A stretch of 64,000 nt of DNA from Bdellovibrionales bacterium (GTDB lineage Bacteria > Bdellovibrionota > Bdellovibrionia > Bdellovibrionales > JAUICD01): NCBI GenBank assembly GCA_965262715.1, contig OZ253553.1, forward strand, positions 832,001 to 896,000, in the 5' to 3' direction. Below the pieces are notes generated by a model. That model was not told the DNA's origin and searched no databases. It was given only the letters and a program-made list of their open reading frames with translations. A program made the position numbers and the translations under genes. Positions 19,347-29,234 of this stretch are shown here, in pieces; the stretch's first letter is position 1, and each line of letters opens with the position of its first letter.

Positions 19347-20306
19347 TTACAAAAGACTTTCTTTACAAGCTCCATCAGTTGATATGTCAGGAGTAATTGG
19401 GATAGTGTTACTGGGTTTTGTTTCAAGTAAAGTGTTAGTGACTGCTTTATAATACTGCGCATAGTTTTTTTGAGTCATTAGGTCCAACGGTGTAAGACCT
19501 TCGTTGTTTCTCGCATGCGTATCAGATCCATTTTCTATCAAGAATTGAATAAATTTTATATAAGACATATAGTAGGAAAATAGAAAGCTTTTATCTAAGA
19601 CGTCTAGATTTGCTGAGAGAGAGGTTTGTTGAATATCTTCATTAGATAGTCCAGTCTTTTGAACTTCTGGCAAACGATGAGTAAAAACGCGATAAAAAAA
19701 CGGAGGTTTTTGGTCAAGAAAAATAGCATTTTTAATGGCTAAATGAAGTGGTGTATCTCCATCATCATTTTTTGCATTTATATCTGCATTGTTTTTTAAT
19801 AAAAACTCAATTGTGGATCTATAATATCCAAAAAAGTTCTCTGTAGTGTTTGTTAATGGAAATTTGAGGCATGCACTGCACGATTTAATAATTTCATGCA
19901 GTGGTGTATTACTATCACTATTTCTTGCATTCACATCTGCGCCTTTAGATAGCAAGGTGGCTATATCAGGTATGTTATTGTTAATAACAAGTCGATGCAG
20001 CATTGTCCATGGTCGACCATCTAAGTGGGCTCCTCCATGTCTTATCAAAATATCTATAATAGCGGCTCTTTTTTCTTTTAGAGGACTTGGCTCTTCTTCG
20101 TGGTAGAGTTCAAAAGCTGTTTCTAATGGTGATATTGGTATTGATGGCACCGCATAACCTGCATAGCGATTATTTATGATATGCCTTACATCTTTCAAAT
20201 CAGCTGTTTTAATAGCTTCTATCAATAAGAAATCTAATTGAGGTGACTGCCCTTTTGCTATGGATGTTAAGCTTAAAAGAAATGAAAATATCAATATTAT
20301 TCTCAT
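19347..20306 (-). CDS. Secreted ankyrin-repeat protein, paralog 1 of 3
   Basis: Signal peptide from ATG 20306 (ORF track starts at 20345); GADVNA..NTPLH, GDTPLHLA, GLTPLD. Confidence 0.9.
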   Translation of the reverse strand: MRIILIFSFLLSLTSIAKGQSPQLDFLLIEAIKTADLKDVRHIINNRYAGYAVPSIPISPLETAFELYHEEEPSPLKEKRAAIIDILIRHGGAHLDGRPWTMLHRLVINNNIPDIATLLSKGADVNARNSDSNTPLHEIIKSCSACLKFPLTNTTENFFGYYRSTIEFLLKNNADINAKNDDGDTPLHLAIKNAIFLDQKPPFFYRVFTHRLPEVQKTGLSNEDIQQTSLSANLDVLDKSFLFSYYMSYIKFIQFLIENGSDTHARNNEGLTPLDLMTQKNYAQYYKAVTNTLLETKPSNTIPITPDISTDGACKESLL

Positions 20307-20388
20307 ATATTGTAAATACCTTTTTATTATTAGAACTGGTCTCAAAAACTATAAATTTATTATAAATAAATATATTACCAAGTACATC

Positions 20389-20441
20389 TTCAAGCAATCC
20401 GGCAAGCCGGGAGCAACTCCCGGTTTGCCGGGTTGCTTGAA
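20389..20441 (+). repeat. GC-rich 25-bp-arm hairpin, related to the element at about 57450-57556 (minus strand)
   Basis: ttcaagcaatccggcaagccgggag-caa-ctcccggtttgccgggttgcttgaa; flank tattaccaagtac shared with the reverse complement near 57540. Confidence 0.7.
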
Positions 20442-20897
20442 TGCCAGATCCTAGAATAACGGTGACTTGCTATTTTAACTTTTAACTCACAAAAGCAAAA
20501 TACAAAATATTTATTGATGAAGTAAAACCTTTAAGTCCGGTTAATAGGCAACTTGACATTAACCTGTGAATGCTCATCCTACAAATCCATTATTATTTAA
20601 GAAAGTATGTATTGTATAAATAAAAAAAGTTTTAATAACAACTATTTTTTATAAATTATGTAATTTTGTAGTGGAAATATAAAAACCTTACTACTATAAT
20701 AAACTTAGCAAGATATTGAGGATGATCTATATTATTTCTAAGAACATGATATGCTGCTAAAACGGCTTCTAAAGAGTCATGTTAGGAGATGACGCAATCT
20801 ACTATAATTTTAAATATGTACTGAAACCTCAAAATTGATATCTGTGCAAAAAAAATCCTTAATTTCACTAAAATATGGAAATGATCAGAGATATTTG

Positions 20898-21890
20898 CTA
20901 TGTAAGGCTGTCCTGGCAAGCCCTATCATTATTAGGGGTACCATCAGATTTTGTTTCAAGTAAAGTGTTAGTGACTGCTTTATAGTACTGTATGTGCTCT
21001 TTTTGAGCTAGTAGATCTATAGGTGTTAGTCCATCATTATTTTTTGCATAAATATCAGCACCATTTTCTATTAAGGTTTTAATAAATTTTATATAATGTA
21101 TATAGTAGGAACTTAAAAAGCTTCCATCTAAAATATCTAAGATGGAGATATTTATTGGAAGAGATGTTGATGAGGTATCCTTGTTAAACGCTCCAGCCTC
21201 CTGGGTTTTTGAAGAATGACGGATGAGAGTACGATAAAAAAATGGAGGTTTTTGGTCGAGGAATACAGTATTTTTAATAGCTAAATGAAGAGGTGTATCG
21301 CCATCATTATTTTTTGCATTTATATCTGCGTCGTTTTCTAATAAAAACTCAATTGTCACTCTAGCACTTCTAAAAGAGTGTCTTTCACTATTTTTCAATG
21401 GAAATCTAAGGCATCTACTGCACAATTTAACAACTTCATGTAGAGGTGTATTTCCTGATATGTCCTTTGCATTTATATCCGCATTTTTATATTTTAAGCT
21501 CTTCATATCTTGCACATTATGTTCACTAGCCAGCTGATGCAATATTGTCCATGGTTGACCATTTAAATGGGCTCCTCCATGTTTTATCAAAATATCTATA
21601 ACTTTGTGATTGTTTGCGTACCTGTCTGCCGGATTTGATATAAGTCCTTGTTCTGGTCTATTGTAGAGCCTGAGTGCCAATTCTAGTGGGGATATGAATG
21701 TCGATGGTGAGATGGGAATATAACTTTCTTGAACATTAGCTCCCTTTTCTATTAAGTCATTTACGGCTTCTGGATCACCTACTTGGATAGCATCTATTAA
21801 TAAAATATCTAACTGAGGTGATTGTCCTGTTGCTGTGAAAGTTACATTTAAAAGAAATAGAAATGTTAATATTGCTTTTATATACAGCAT
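20898..21890 (-). CDS. Secreted ankyrin-repeat protein, paralog 2 of 3
   Basis: Signal peptide, ankyrin motifs, FLDQKPPFFYR block. Confidence 0.9.
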   Translation of the reverse strand: MLYIKAILTFLFLLNVTFTATGQSPQLDILLIDAIQVGDPEAVNDLIEKGANVQESYIPISPSTFISPLELALRLYNRPEQGLISNPADRYANNHKVIDILIKHGGAHLNGQPWTILHQLASEHNVQDMKSLKYKNADINAKDISGNTPLHEVVKLCSRCLRFPLKNSERHSFRSARVTIEFLLENDADINAKNNDGDTPLHLAIKNTVFLDQKPPFFYRTLIRHSSKTQEAGAFNKDTSSTSLPINISILDILDGSFLSSYYIHYIKFIKTLIENGADIYAKNNDGLTPIDLLAQKEHIQYYKAVTNTLLETKSDGTPNNDRACQDSLT

Positions 21891-22242
21891 AAATAACTTT
21901 TTATTATTAATAATTTTTTAATGGTTTATCGCAAGGTGTTCATATGATAGGTATTTTTTTCACAAATTTTACTGTTGGGCTGGCTTTTAAATTCAGCTTT
22001 GTATAAAAATTGCGTGATTATTTATTAATAATATAAACTTTTTTAAAAGACAATAAGAATTGATGAATACAGGTACAATAGGCGAGGCTTAGCAGACCTA
22101 AAGTTGTTAGAAGATTTTTTATTTTACGAGGGTTTTGGTTGTATAAATTCCAGGAGTTTACGATCTGACACAGTTTTTATGAGATATAGAAACCTATGTT
22201 TGAAGTCAATATTTTTGACAAGTTGTCAGATAAATTAAGTAT

Positions 22243-23268
22243 TTACGAAAGACTATCTTTACAAGCTTTATCATTAGAGTCTTCATTAGTTCTTAAGTCA
22301 TAAGGATAAACAATATCATAATATTTAATTGAGGTGTCCTTAGGTTTTGTTTCAAGTAAGGTGTGAGTGAATGTTGTATAGTATTGCGAATATTCTTTTT
22401 GAGCCATTAGGTCCAAAGGTGTCAAGCCATCATTATTTTCTGCATAAACATCAGCACCATTTTCTATCCAAAGTCGAATAGAAGATAGATAATGTATATA
22501 GAGGTTTGTAAAAGAACTATCCAAAACAGCTAAAGTCATAGTATTTAAAAGAGTGGTTAATTGAGCACTTCTTTTTTCATTAGACGATACAGGTTCTGGA
22601 GTTCTTACTAAATGGCGAGCAAAAGCGCGGTAAAAGAATGGAGGCTCTTGATCAAGGAAAACAGTATTTTTAATGATTAGATGAAGAGGCGTATCACCAC
22701 TATCGTTTTTTGCATTGATATCTGCGCCTTTGTCTATTAAAAACTGAGCTGTTTGTTTATTATATTCGAAGAAACGTTTTGTAACGTTATCTTTCAATGG
22801 GAGTTTTAGAATTTTATATGGACTGGCAATTCTATGTAGTGGTGTATTTCCAAATATATCTCTCGCATTTACATCTGCGTCTAAAGATAGCAAGATAGCT
22901 ATACCTTGTATGTTATGTTCACTAGCTAATCGGTGTAATATTGTCCATGGCAAATTATTTAAGTGGGCTCCTCCGTGTTTTATTAAAATATTTACAATTT
23001 CGTATCTACTTGCAGAGCTTGATGTGGCTCTTTGCCCTGTTCTAATGTAGGAGTTAATGGCAAATTCTAATGGTAGTATTGCTGATGGTCGTATCGTATA
23101 ACTTCCATAAACACTAGCCCCTTCTTTTATTAAATTGGTTACAACTTCTGAATCACCTCTTTGAATAGCACTTATCAATAAAAAATATAAAGAGGGTGGT
23201 TCTTCTTTTGATCCTTTTGATATAGAAGTTAAACTTAGAAGAAATAAAAATATCAATATTGGTTTCAT
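22243..23268 (-). CDS. Secreted ankyrin-repeat protein, paralog 3 of 3
   Basis: Signal peptide, ankyrin motifs, FLDQEPPFFYR block. Confidence 0.9.
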   Translation of the reverse strand: MKPILIFLFLLSLTSISKGSKEEPPSLYFLLISAIQRGDSEVVTNLIKEGASVYGSYTIRPSAILPLEFAINSYIRTGQRATSSSASRYEIVNILIKHGGAHLNNLPWTILHRLASEHNIQGIAILLSLDADVNARDIFGNTPLHRIASPYKILKLPLKDNVTKRFFEYNKQTAQFLIDKGADINAKNDSGDTPLHLIIKNTVFLDQEPPFFYRAFARHLVRTPEPVSSNEKRSAQLTTLLNTMTLAVLDSSFTNLYIHYLSSIRLWIENGADVYAENNDGLTPLDLMAQKEYSQYYTTFTHTLLETKPKDTSIKYYDIVYPYDLRTNEDSNDKACKDSLS

Positions 23269-23523
23269 GTGTAATGCAAATACCTTTTTCTTATTAATAA
23301 CTTTATATTTTCATAATAATAAATTCTTGTTTATCTCGCTTCGATTGTAGAAATTTAGTAACTTTTAAATTGTTAATAGCTATTTAAAACTTCATTTTTT
23401 ACTACTTAATTTAAAAGGGTATATCATAGAAATTATAACAACACAATAAAAGGGTTTTAATAATGGCTATTTATTATAAACTATGTAAATTTTACAGTAA
23501 AAATATAGAATCTCTACTCTACT

Positions 23524-25425
23524 CTACTCTACTGTAACAGATTTAGCGAGGTTTCGAGGACGATCTACGTTGTTTCCAAGGGCATTAGCTGTGTAATAAG
23601 CAATAAGTTGTACTACAATGGCTTCTAAAATAGGTAATGTTGAAAAATGGGTTTTTGGTAAAATAGAGTAAATGTTGTCTTTAAAAAGTTGGTTTTTTTT
23701 ATCTTCAGAAAGATCCTCACCTGTTGTTATTTCAATAATTTTACCTTTTCTAGCTTGAATCTCTTTTAAGTTATTTCTCATTTTATAATAGATATGATCA
23801 TCTTTTGGAATAAGAGCAATCACTTTTGTTTTCTCATTTATCAAGGCGATAGGACCATGTTTCATTTCTCCTGCAGCATAACCTTCCGCATGAATATAAG
23901 CAAGCTCCTTAAGTTTTAAGGCCCCTTCAAGGGCAATAGGAAAACTTATTCCACGTCCTATATATAAAATGTTTTGAAGATTTTTAATTTGACTGGCAAT
24001 CTCCTTTAGATGATTGCAGTGAGAAAAGAGATATTCTATTTGAGATGGTAAAACAGTTAAAGCTTCATAAATATCTTTTTCCAACTTGAGTGGTTGCTTA
24101 TCAGAAGTAGTTAACTTTTTTAATCCAAGAGCAAGTATATTGAGAATAGCAATTGTGTTTGTAAATGTTTTTGTACTTGCAACACTCACTTCTATCCCAG
24201 CAGACATGTCAATACAGGCATTTGCCTCTCTGTCAATCGTAGAATGAGGCATATTACAGATAGCAAGTGTGTATTTTCCCATTTGCTTTGCTAAACGTAG
24301 GGCAGCTAAAGTGTCAGCTGTTTCTCCGCTCTGGGAAATAAAAAGAAAAAGGGTGTGGTCAGGAAATACGAAGTCCTGATAACGAAATTCACTAGCAAGT
24401 TCTACCTTTACAGGGATGTGAGCATGAGCTTCGAGAAGATGTTTACCTACCAAACCTGCATAATAACTAGATCCACAAGCAATAATAACAATATGTTTTG
24501 TATCTTTTAAAATATGATGAAAAGATTTTGACTTTGTATTTTGGTCTTCTTGATGGGAGTTCCTGATTTTAAAGTCTAGAGATTCTAGGCGTAGAGTTTG
24601 TGTAGATGGATTTAAAAAATGTAAATTTAACCTTTGAAGACAGGCAGGTTGTTCAAATATTTCTTTAAGCATAAAGTGAGGGTAATTTTTTTTATCTATG
24701 ATTTTTACTGTTTCAGGTAACGTCACAGGCTTTCTATAAATTTGGCGTGCTTTTTGATCAAAAATTTGATAATCCATGTTTTTAATTTTTACAACTTCAT
24801 CATCTTGAAGATAAATGATTTGATTTGTGTGTTTTATCAAAGGCTGAATGTCGCTAGCTACAAAAATTTCTGATGGATTGATTCCAATTACTAAAGGTGG
24901 ACCTGATTTGAAAGCCACCCAAGTATCAGGTTGCTTTTCATTAATAGCAAGTACAGAGTAGACTCCTTTTAGACAAGTTACAATTTCTAAAACAGCTTGC
25001 AGAATATCTTGTGTTTTATCAAAAGCTGCAGAAAGAAGATGAGCTATAAGCTCTGAATCTGTTTCAGAGTGAATTTTAGCTCCTGATGTTAAAATCTGTT
25101 TTTTCAACTGAAGGTCATTCTCGATAATACCATTATGAACAATACTAAAATCTCCTACACAATGAGGGTGAGCATTTTTTTCAGAGACAATACCATGAGT
25201 GGCCCAACGTGTGTGACCTATGCCGAGATTTCCATCAAAATCTATGTTTTCTAGCTCTTCTTGCAATCCCTCAAGTGCGCCTTTTACACGCACTTTTTTA
25301 ATTTTATTTTTGTGAAAGATAGCTACACCTGCGCTATCATAACCCCTATATTCTAGGGCTTTTAAGCCATCAAGTAAGACTTCTTTGGTGTTTTGAAAAC
25401 CTTGATATCCAATAATTCCACACAT
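23524..25425 (-). CDS. glmS: Glutamine--fructose-6-phosphate transaminase (isomerizing)
   Basis: MCGIIG, LEYRGYDSAG, GHTRWATHG, SQSGETADT, PRNLAKSVTVE. Confidence 0.98.
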   Translation of the reverse strand: MCGIIGYQGFQNTKEVLLDGLKALEYRGYDSAGVAIFHKNKIKKVRVKGALEGLQEELENIDFDGNLGIGHTRWATHGIVSEKNAHPHCVGDFSIVHNGIIENDLQLKKQILTSGAKIHSETDSELIAHLLSAAFDKTQDILQAVLEIVTCLKGVYSVLAINEKQPDTWVAFKSGPPLVIGINPSEIFVASDIQPLIKHTNQIIYLQDDEVVKIKNMDYQIFDQKARQIYRKPVTLPETVKIIDKKNYPHFMLKEIFEQPACLQRLNLHFLNPSTQTLRLESLDFKIRNSHQEDQNTKSKSFHHILKDTKHIVIIACGSSYYAGLVGKHLLEAHAHIPVKVELASEFRYQDFVFPDHTLFLFISQSGETADTLAALRLAKQMGKYTLAICNMPHSTIDREANACIDMSAGIEVSVASTKTFTNTIAILNILALGLKKLTTSDKQPLKLEKDIYEALTVLPSQIEYLFSHCNHLKEIASQIKNLQNILYIGRGISFPIALEGALKLKELAYIHAEGYAAGEMKHGPIALINEKTKVIALIPKDDHIYYKMRNNLKEIQARKGKIIEITTGEDLSEDKKNQLFKDNIYSILPKTHFSTLPILEAIVVQLIAYYTANALGNNVDRPRNLAKSVTVE

Positions 25426-25510
25426 CTTCTACCTTATTTATTTTAAGCTCAAAACTGTTTGATTATTTTTTTTGGGTTAGCTTCATTTTAGATATAAACT
25501 GATTATGTTT

Positions 25511-26050
25511 TTAATTTAAATTTTGTCGTATTTGGGCAACATAAGGTAAGTTTCTAAAATATCCTTGATGTTCTAAACCATACCCTGAGACACATTGTTC
25601 TTTAATCTCAAAACCCGCATAATCTATATTGATGTTTGCCTTAAGAGTGGCGGGCCTTAAAAGGAATGTTGCTGTTATTAAAGATTTTGGTTTTCCAATA
25701 TTTATAAACTTTTTCAAATACTCCAAACCAAATCCAGTTACGACAATATCTTTTATCAAAAGAACATGTTTATCTCTAATAGACTCAGAAAGGTCCAATG
25801 TAAATGTATGAAATTGACGAGTTGTATCTTCCAAATGAGTGGACATGTCAATGAAATCACATTGAATGTCTCTATTGATAGAGCGGATTAAGTCAGAATA
25901 AAATACAAAAGATCCTTTTAAAGCGCAAATAGCTGTGAGGTCTTCATCCGGAGGAAATCTTTTAGAAATTTGCGCGCCAAGCTCCTTTATGCGATTTTTG
26001 ATTTGTTCTTCAGAAAAAAGGACTTTAAAATTTTTTGGGTGAGGTAACAT
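25511..26050 (-). CDS. Hypoxanthine phosphoribosyltransferase-like protein with a degenerate PRPP motif
   Basis: LFSEEQIKNRIKELG, LKGSFVF, DYAGFEI..GYGL..RNLPY; motif reads LLIKDIVVTG. Confidence 0.8.
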   Translation of the reverse strand: MLPHPKNFKVLFSEEQIKNRIKELGAQISKRFPPDEDLTAICALKGSFVFYSDLIRSINRDIQCDFIDMSTHLEDTTRQFHTFTLDLSESIRDKHVLLIKDIVVTGFGLEYLKKFINIGKPKSLITATFLLRPATLKANINIDYAGFEIKEQCVSGYGLEHQGYFRNLPYVAQIRQNLN

Positions 26051-26164
26051 TTTATAATATCCTTCTAGGGTTAGATCTTACGATTTTGCCTGTTTGATCA
26101 ATAAGTCATATTATAAAACCTAAATAAAGTAAAGGCAATTCATGAGTTTAGCTTAAAAAGAAGA

Positions 26165-26255
26165 TGGCGGAGGGGGAGAGATTCGAACTCTCGGTACTGA
26201 AGACCAGTACGACAGTTTAGCAAACTGCTGGTTTAAGCCACTCACCCACCCCTCC
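26165..26255 (-). tRNA. tRNA-Ser(GCT)
   Basis: GGAGGGG acceptor stem; anticodon arm GCAGT-TTGCTAA-ACTGT; long variable arm; GTTCGAATC T-loop; encoded CCA. Confidence 0.96.
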
Positions 26256-29234
26256 TTTTTCACTAAAATGCATCTCGCCTCTGGCGATTTTCTGACAGTC
26301 AGCCTGAAGGTTCACACCTTCAGAAAAAGCTGACTGTCTAGAAAAACTGATGCATTTTAGTAGGAAGAATCTTCTTGTTTTTTTTAAACATGTTAAGGAA
26401 ATCATCCCCTTTTCAGTCTATTTATCTTCCAAAGCTAATATTTGTGCAACAGATATTTTTTTTGTTGTTCCCACATTCAAGTTTTCTCTGAAAGAAAAGA
26501 TAAAAAATAATAGAATGTCTTTGGCCTCAAAATAAGCTTTATCTCTTTTCATTTATCATTGTTTTTTGAAATAACCGTTAGTGTTATTTCAAAAATAAGA
26601 GATACAGCAATGAAAAGAGACCGGAGGGCTTATTTTGAGGGAAACAGCTAGCAAACTGCTGGTTTAAGCCACTCACCCACCCCTCCTTTTTCACTAAAAT
26701 GCATCTCGCCTCTGGCGATTTTCTGACAGTCAGCCTGAAGGTTCACACCTTCAGAAAAAGCTGACTGTCTAGAAAAACTGATGCATTTTAGTAGGAAGAA
26801 TCTTCTTGTTTTTTTTAAACATGTTAAGGAAATCATCCCCTTTTCAGTCTATTTATCTTCCAAAGCTAATATTTGTGCAACAGATATTTTTTTTGTTGTT
26901 CCCACATTCAAGTTTTCTCTGAAAGAAAAGATAAAAAATAATAGAATGTCTTTGGCCTCAAAATAAGCTTTATCTCTTTTCATTTATCATTGTTTTTTGA
27001 AATAACCGTTAGTGTTATTTCAAAAATAAGAGATACAGCAATGAAAAGAGACCGGAGGGCTTATTTTGAGGGAAACAGCTAGCAAACTGCTGGTTTAAGC
27101 CACTCACCCACCCCTCCTTTTTCACTAAAATGCATCTCGCCTCTGGCGATTTTCTGACAGTCAGCCTGAAGGTTCACACCTTCAGAAAAAGCTGACTGTC
27201 TAGAAAAACTGATGCATTTTAGTAGGAAGAATCTTCTTGTTTTTTTTAAACATGTTAAGGAAATCATCCCCTTTTCAGTCTATTTATCTTCCAAAGCTAA
27301 TATTTGTGCAACAGATATTTTTTTTGTTGTTCCCACATTCAAGTTTTCTCTGAAAGAAAAGATAAAAAATAATAGAATGTCTTTGGCCTCAAAATAAGCT
27401 TTATCTCTTTTCATTTATCATTGTTTTTTGAAATAACCGTTAGTGTTATTTCAAAAATAAGAGATACAGCAATGAAAAGAGACCGGAGGGCTTATTTTGA
27501 GGGAAACAGCTAGCAAACTGCTGGTTTAAGCCACTCACCCACCCCTCCTTTTTCACTAAAATGCATCTCGCCTCTGGCGATTTTCTGACAGTCAGCCTGA
27601 AGGTTCACACCTTCAGAAAAAGCTGACTGTCTAGAAAAACTGATGCATTTTAGTAGGAAGAATCTTCTTGTTTTTTTTAAACATGTTAAGGAAATCATCC
27701 CCTTTTCAGTCTATTTATCTTCCAAAGCTAATATTTGTGCAACAGATATTTTTTTTGTTGTTCCCACATTCAAGTTTTCTCTGAAAGAAAAGATAAAAAA
27801 TAATAGAATGTCTTTGGCCTCAAAATAAGCTTTATCTCTTTTCATTTATCATTGTTTTTTGAAATAACCGTTAGTGTTATTTCAAAAATAAGAGATACAG
27901 CAATGAAAAGAGACCGGAGGGCTTATTTTGAGGGAAACAGCTAGCAAACTGCTGGTTTAAGCCACTCACCCACCCCTCCTTTTTCACTAAAATGCATCTC
28001 GCCTCTGGCGATTTTCTGACAGTCAGCCTGAAGGTTCACACCTTCAGAAAAAGCTGACTGTCTAGAAAAACTGATGCATTTTAGTAGGAAGAATCTTCTT
28101 GTTTTTTTTAAACATGTTAAGGAAATCATCCCCTTTTCAGTCTATTTATCTTCCAAAGCTAATATTTGTGCAACAGATATTTTTTTTGTTGTTCCCACAT
28201 TCAAGTTTTCTCTGAAAGAAAAGATAAAAAATAATAGAATGTCTTTGGCCTCAAAATAAGCTTTATCTCTTTTCATTTATCATTGTTTTTTGAAATAACC
28301 GTTAGTGTTATTTCAAAAATAAGAGATACAGCAATGAAAAGAGACCGGAGGGCTTATTTTGAGGGAAACAGCTAGCAAACTGCTGGTTTAAGCCACTCAC
28401 CCACCCCTCCTTTTTCACTAAAATGCATCTCGCCTCTGGCGATTTTCTGACAGTCAGCCTGAAGGTTCACACCTTCAGAAAAAGCTGACTGTCTAGAAAA
28501 ACTGATGCATTTTAGTAGGAAGAATCTTCTTGTTTTTTTTAAACATGTTAAGGAAATCATCCCCTTTTCAGTCTATTTATCTTCCAAAGCTAATATTTGT
28601 GCAACAGATATTTTTTTTGTTGTTCCCACATTCAAGTTTTCTCTGAAAGAAAAGATAAAAAATAATAGAATGTCTTTGGCCTCAAAATAAGCTTTATCTC
28701 TTTTCATTTATCATTGTTTTTTGAAATAACCGTTAGTGTTATTTCAAAAATAAGAGATACAGCAATGAAAAGAGACCGGAGGGCTTATTTTGAGGGAAAC
28801 AGCTAGCAAACTGCTGGTTTAAGCCACTCACCCACCCCTCCTTTTTCACTAAAATGCATCTCGCCTCTGGCGATTTTCTGACAGTCAGCCTGAAGGTTCA
28901 CACCTTCAGAAAAAGCTGACTGTCTAGAAAAACTGATGCATTTTAGTAGGAAGAATCTTCTTGTTTTTTTTAAACATGTTAAGGAAATCATCCCCTTTTC
29001 AGTCTATTTATCTTCCAAAGCTAATATTTGTGCAACAGATATTTTTTTTGTTGTTCCCACATTCAAGTTTTCTCTGAAAGAAAAGATAAAAAATAATAGA
29101 ATGTCTTTGGCCTCAAAATAAGCTTTATCTCTTTTCATTTATCATTGTTTTTTGAAATAACCGTTAGTGTTATTTCAAAAATAAGAGATACAGCAATGAA
29201 AAGAGACCGGAGGGCTTATTTTGAGGGAAACAGC
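26218..29234. repeat. Tandem array of 7 apparently identical 431-bp units, each containing the tRNA-Ser 5' half, a family-1 element, a long hairpin and the trmD 3' end
   Basis: Units start at 26218, 26649, 27080, 27511, 27942, 28373 and 28804; the ORF track repeats with an exact 431-bp period. Confidence 0.97.

Noticed and set aside
14337..23268. Paralog clusters as integron cassettes
   Set aside because: No attC-like repeated sites between genes and no IntI-type integrase
26218..26255. Functional link between the break at tRNA position 37 and TrmD (m1G37)
   Set aside because: This tRNA has A37, not G37, so it is not a TrmD substrate; local microhomology explains the junction
26217..29121. 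Repeated 61- and 62-aa ORFs in the array
   Set aside because: They run through the tRNA fragment and structured hairpins, have no convincing RBS or protein motif, and are by-products of the repeat
26218..29234. 431-bp array as a CRISPR array
   Set aside because: Units are identical with no unique spacers, far too long, and there are no cas genes
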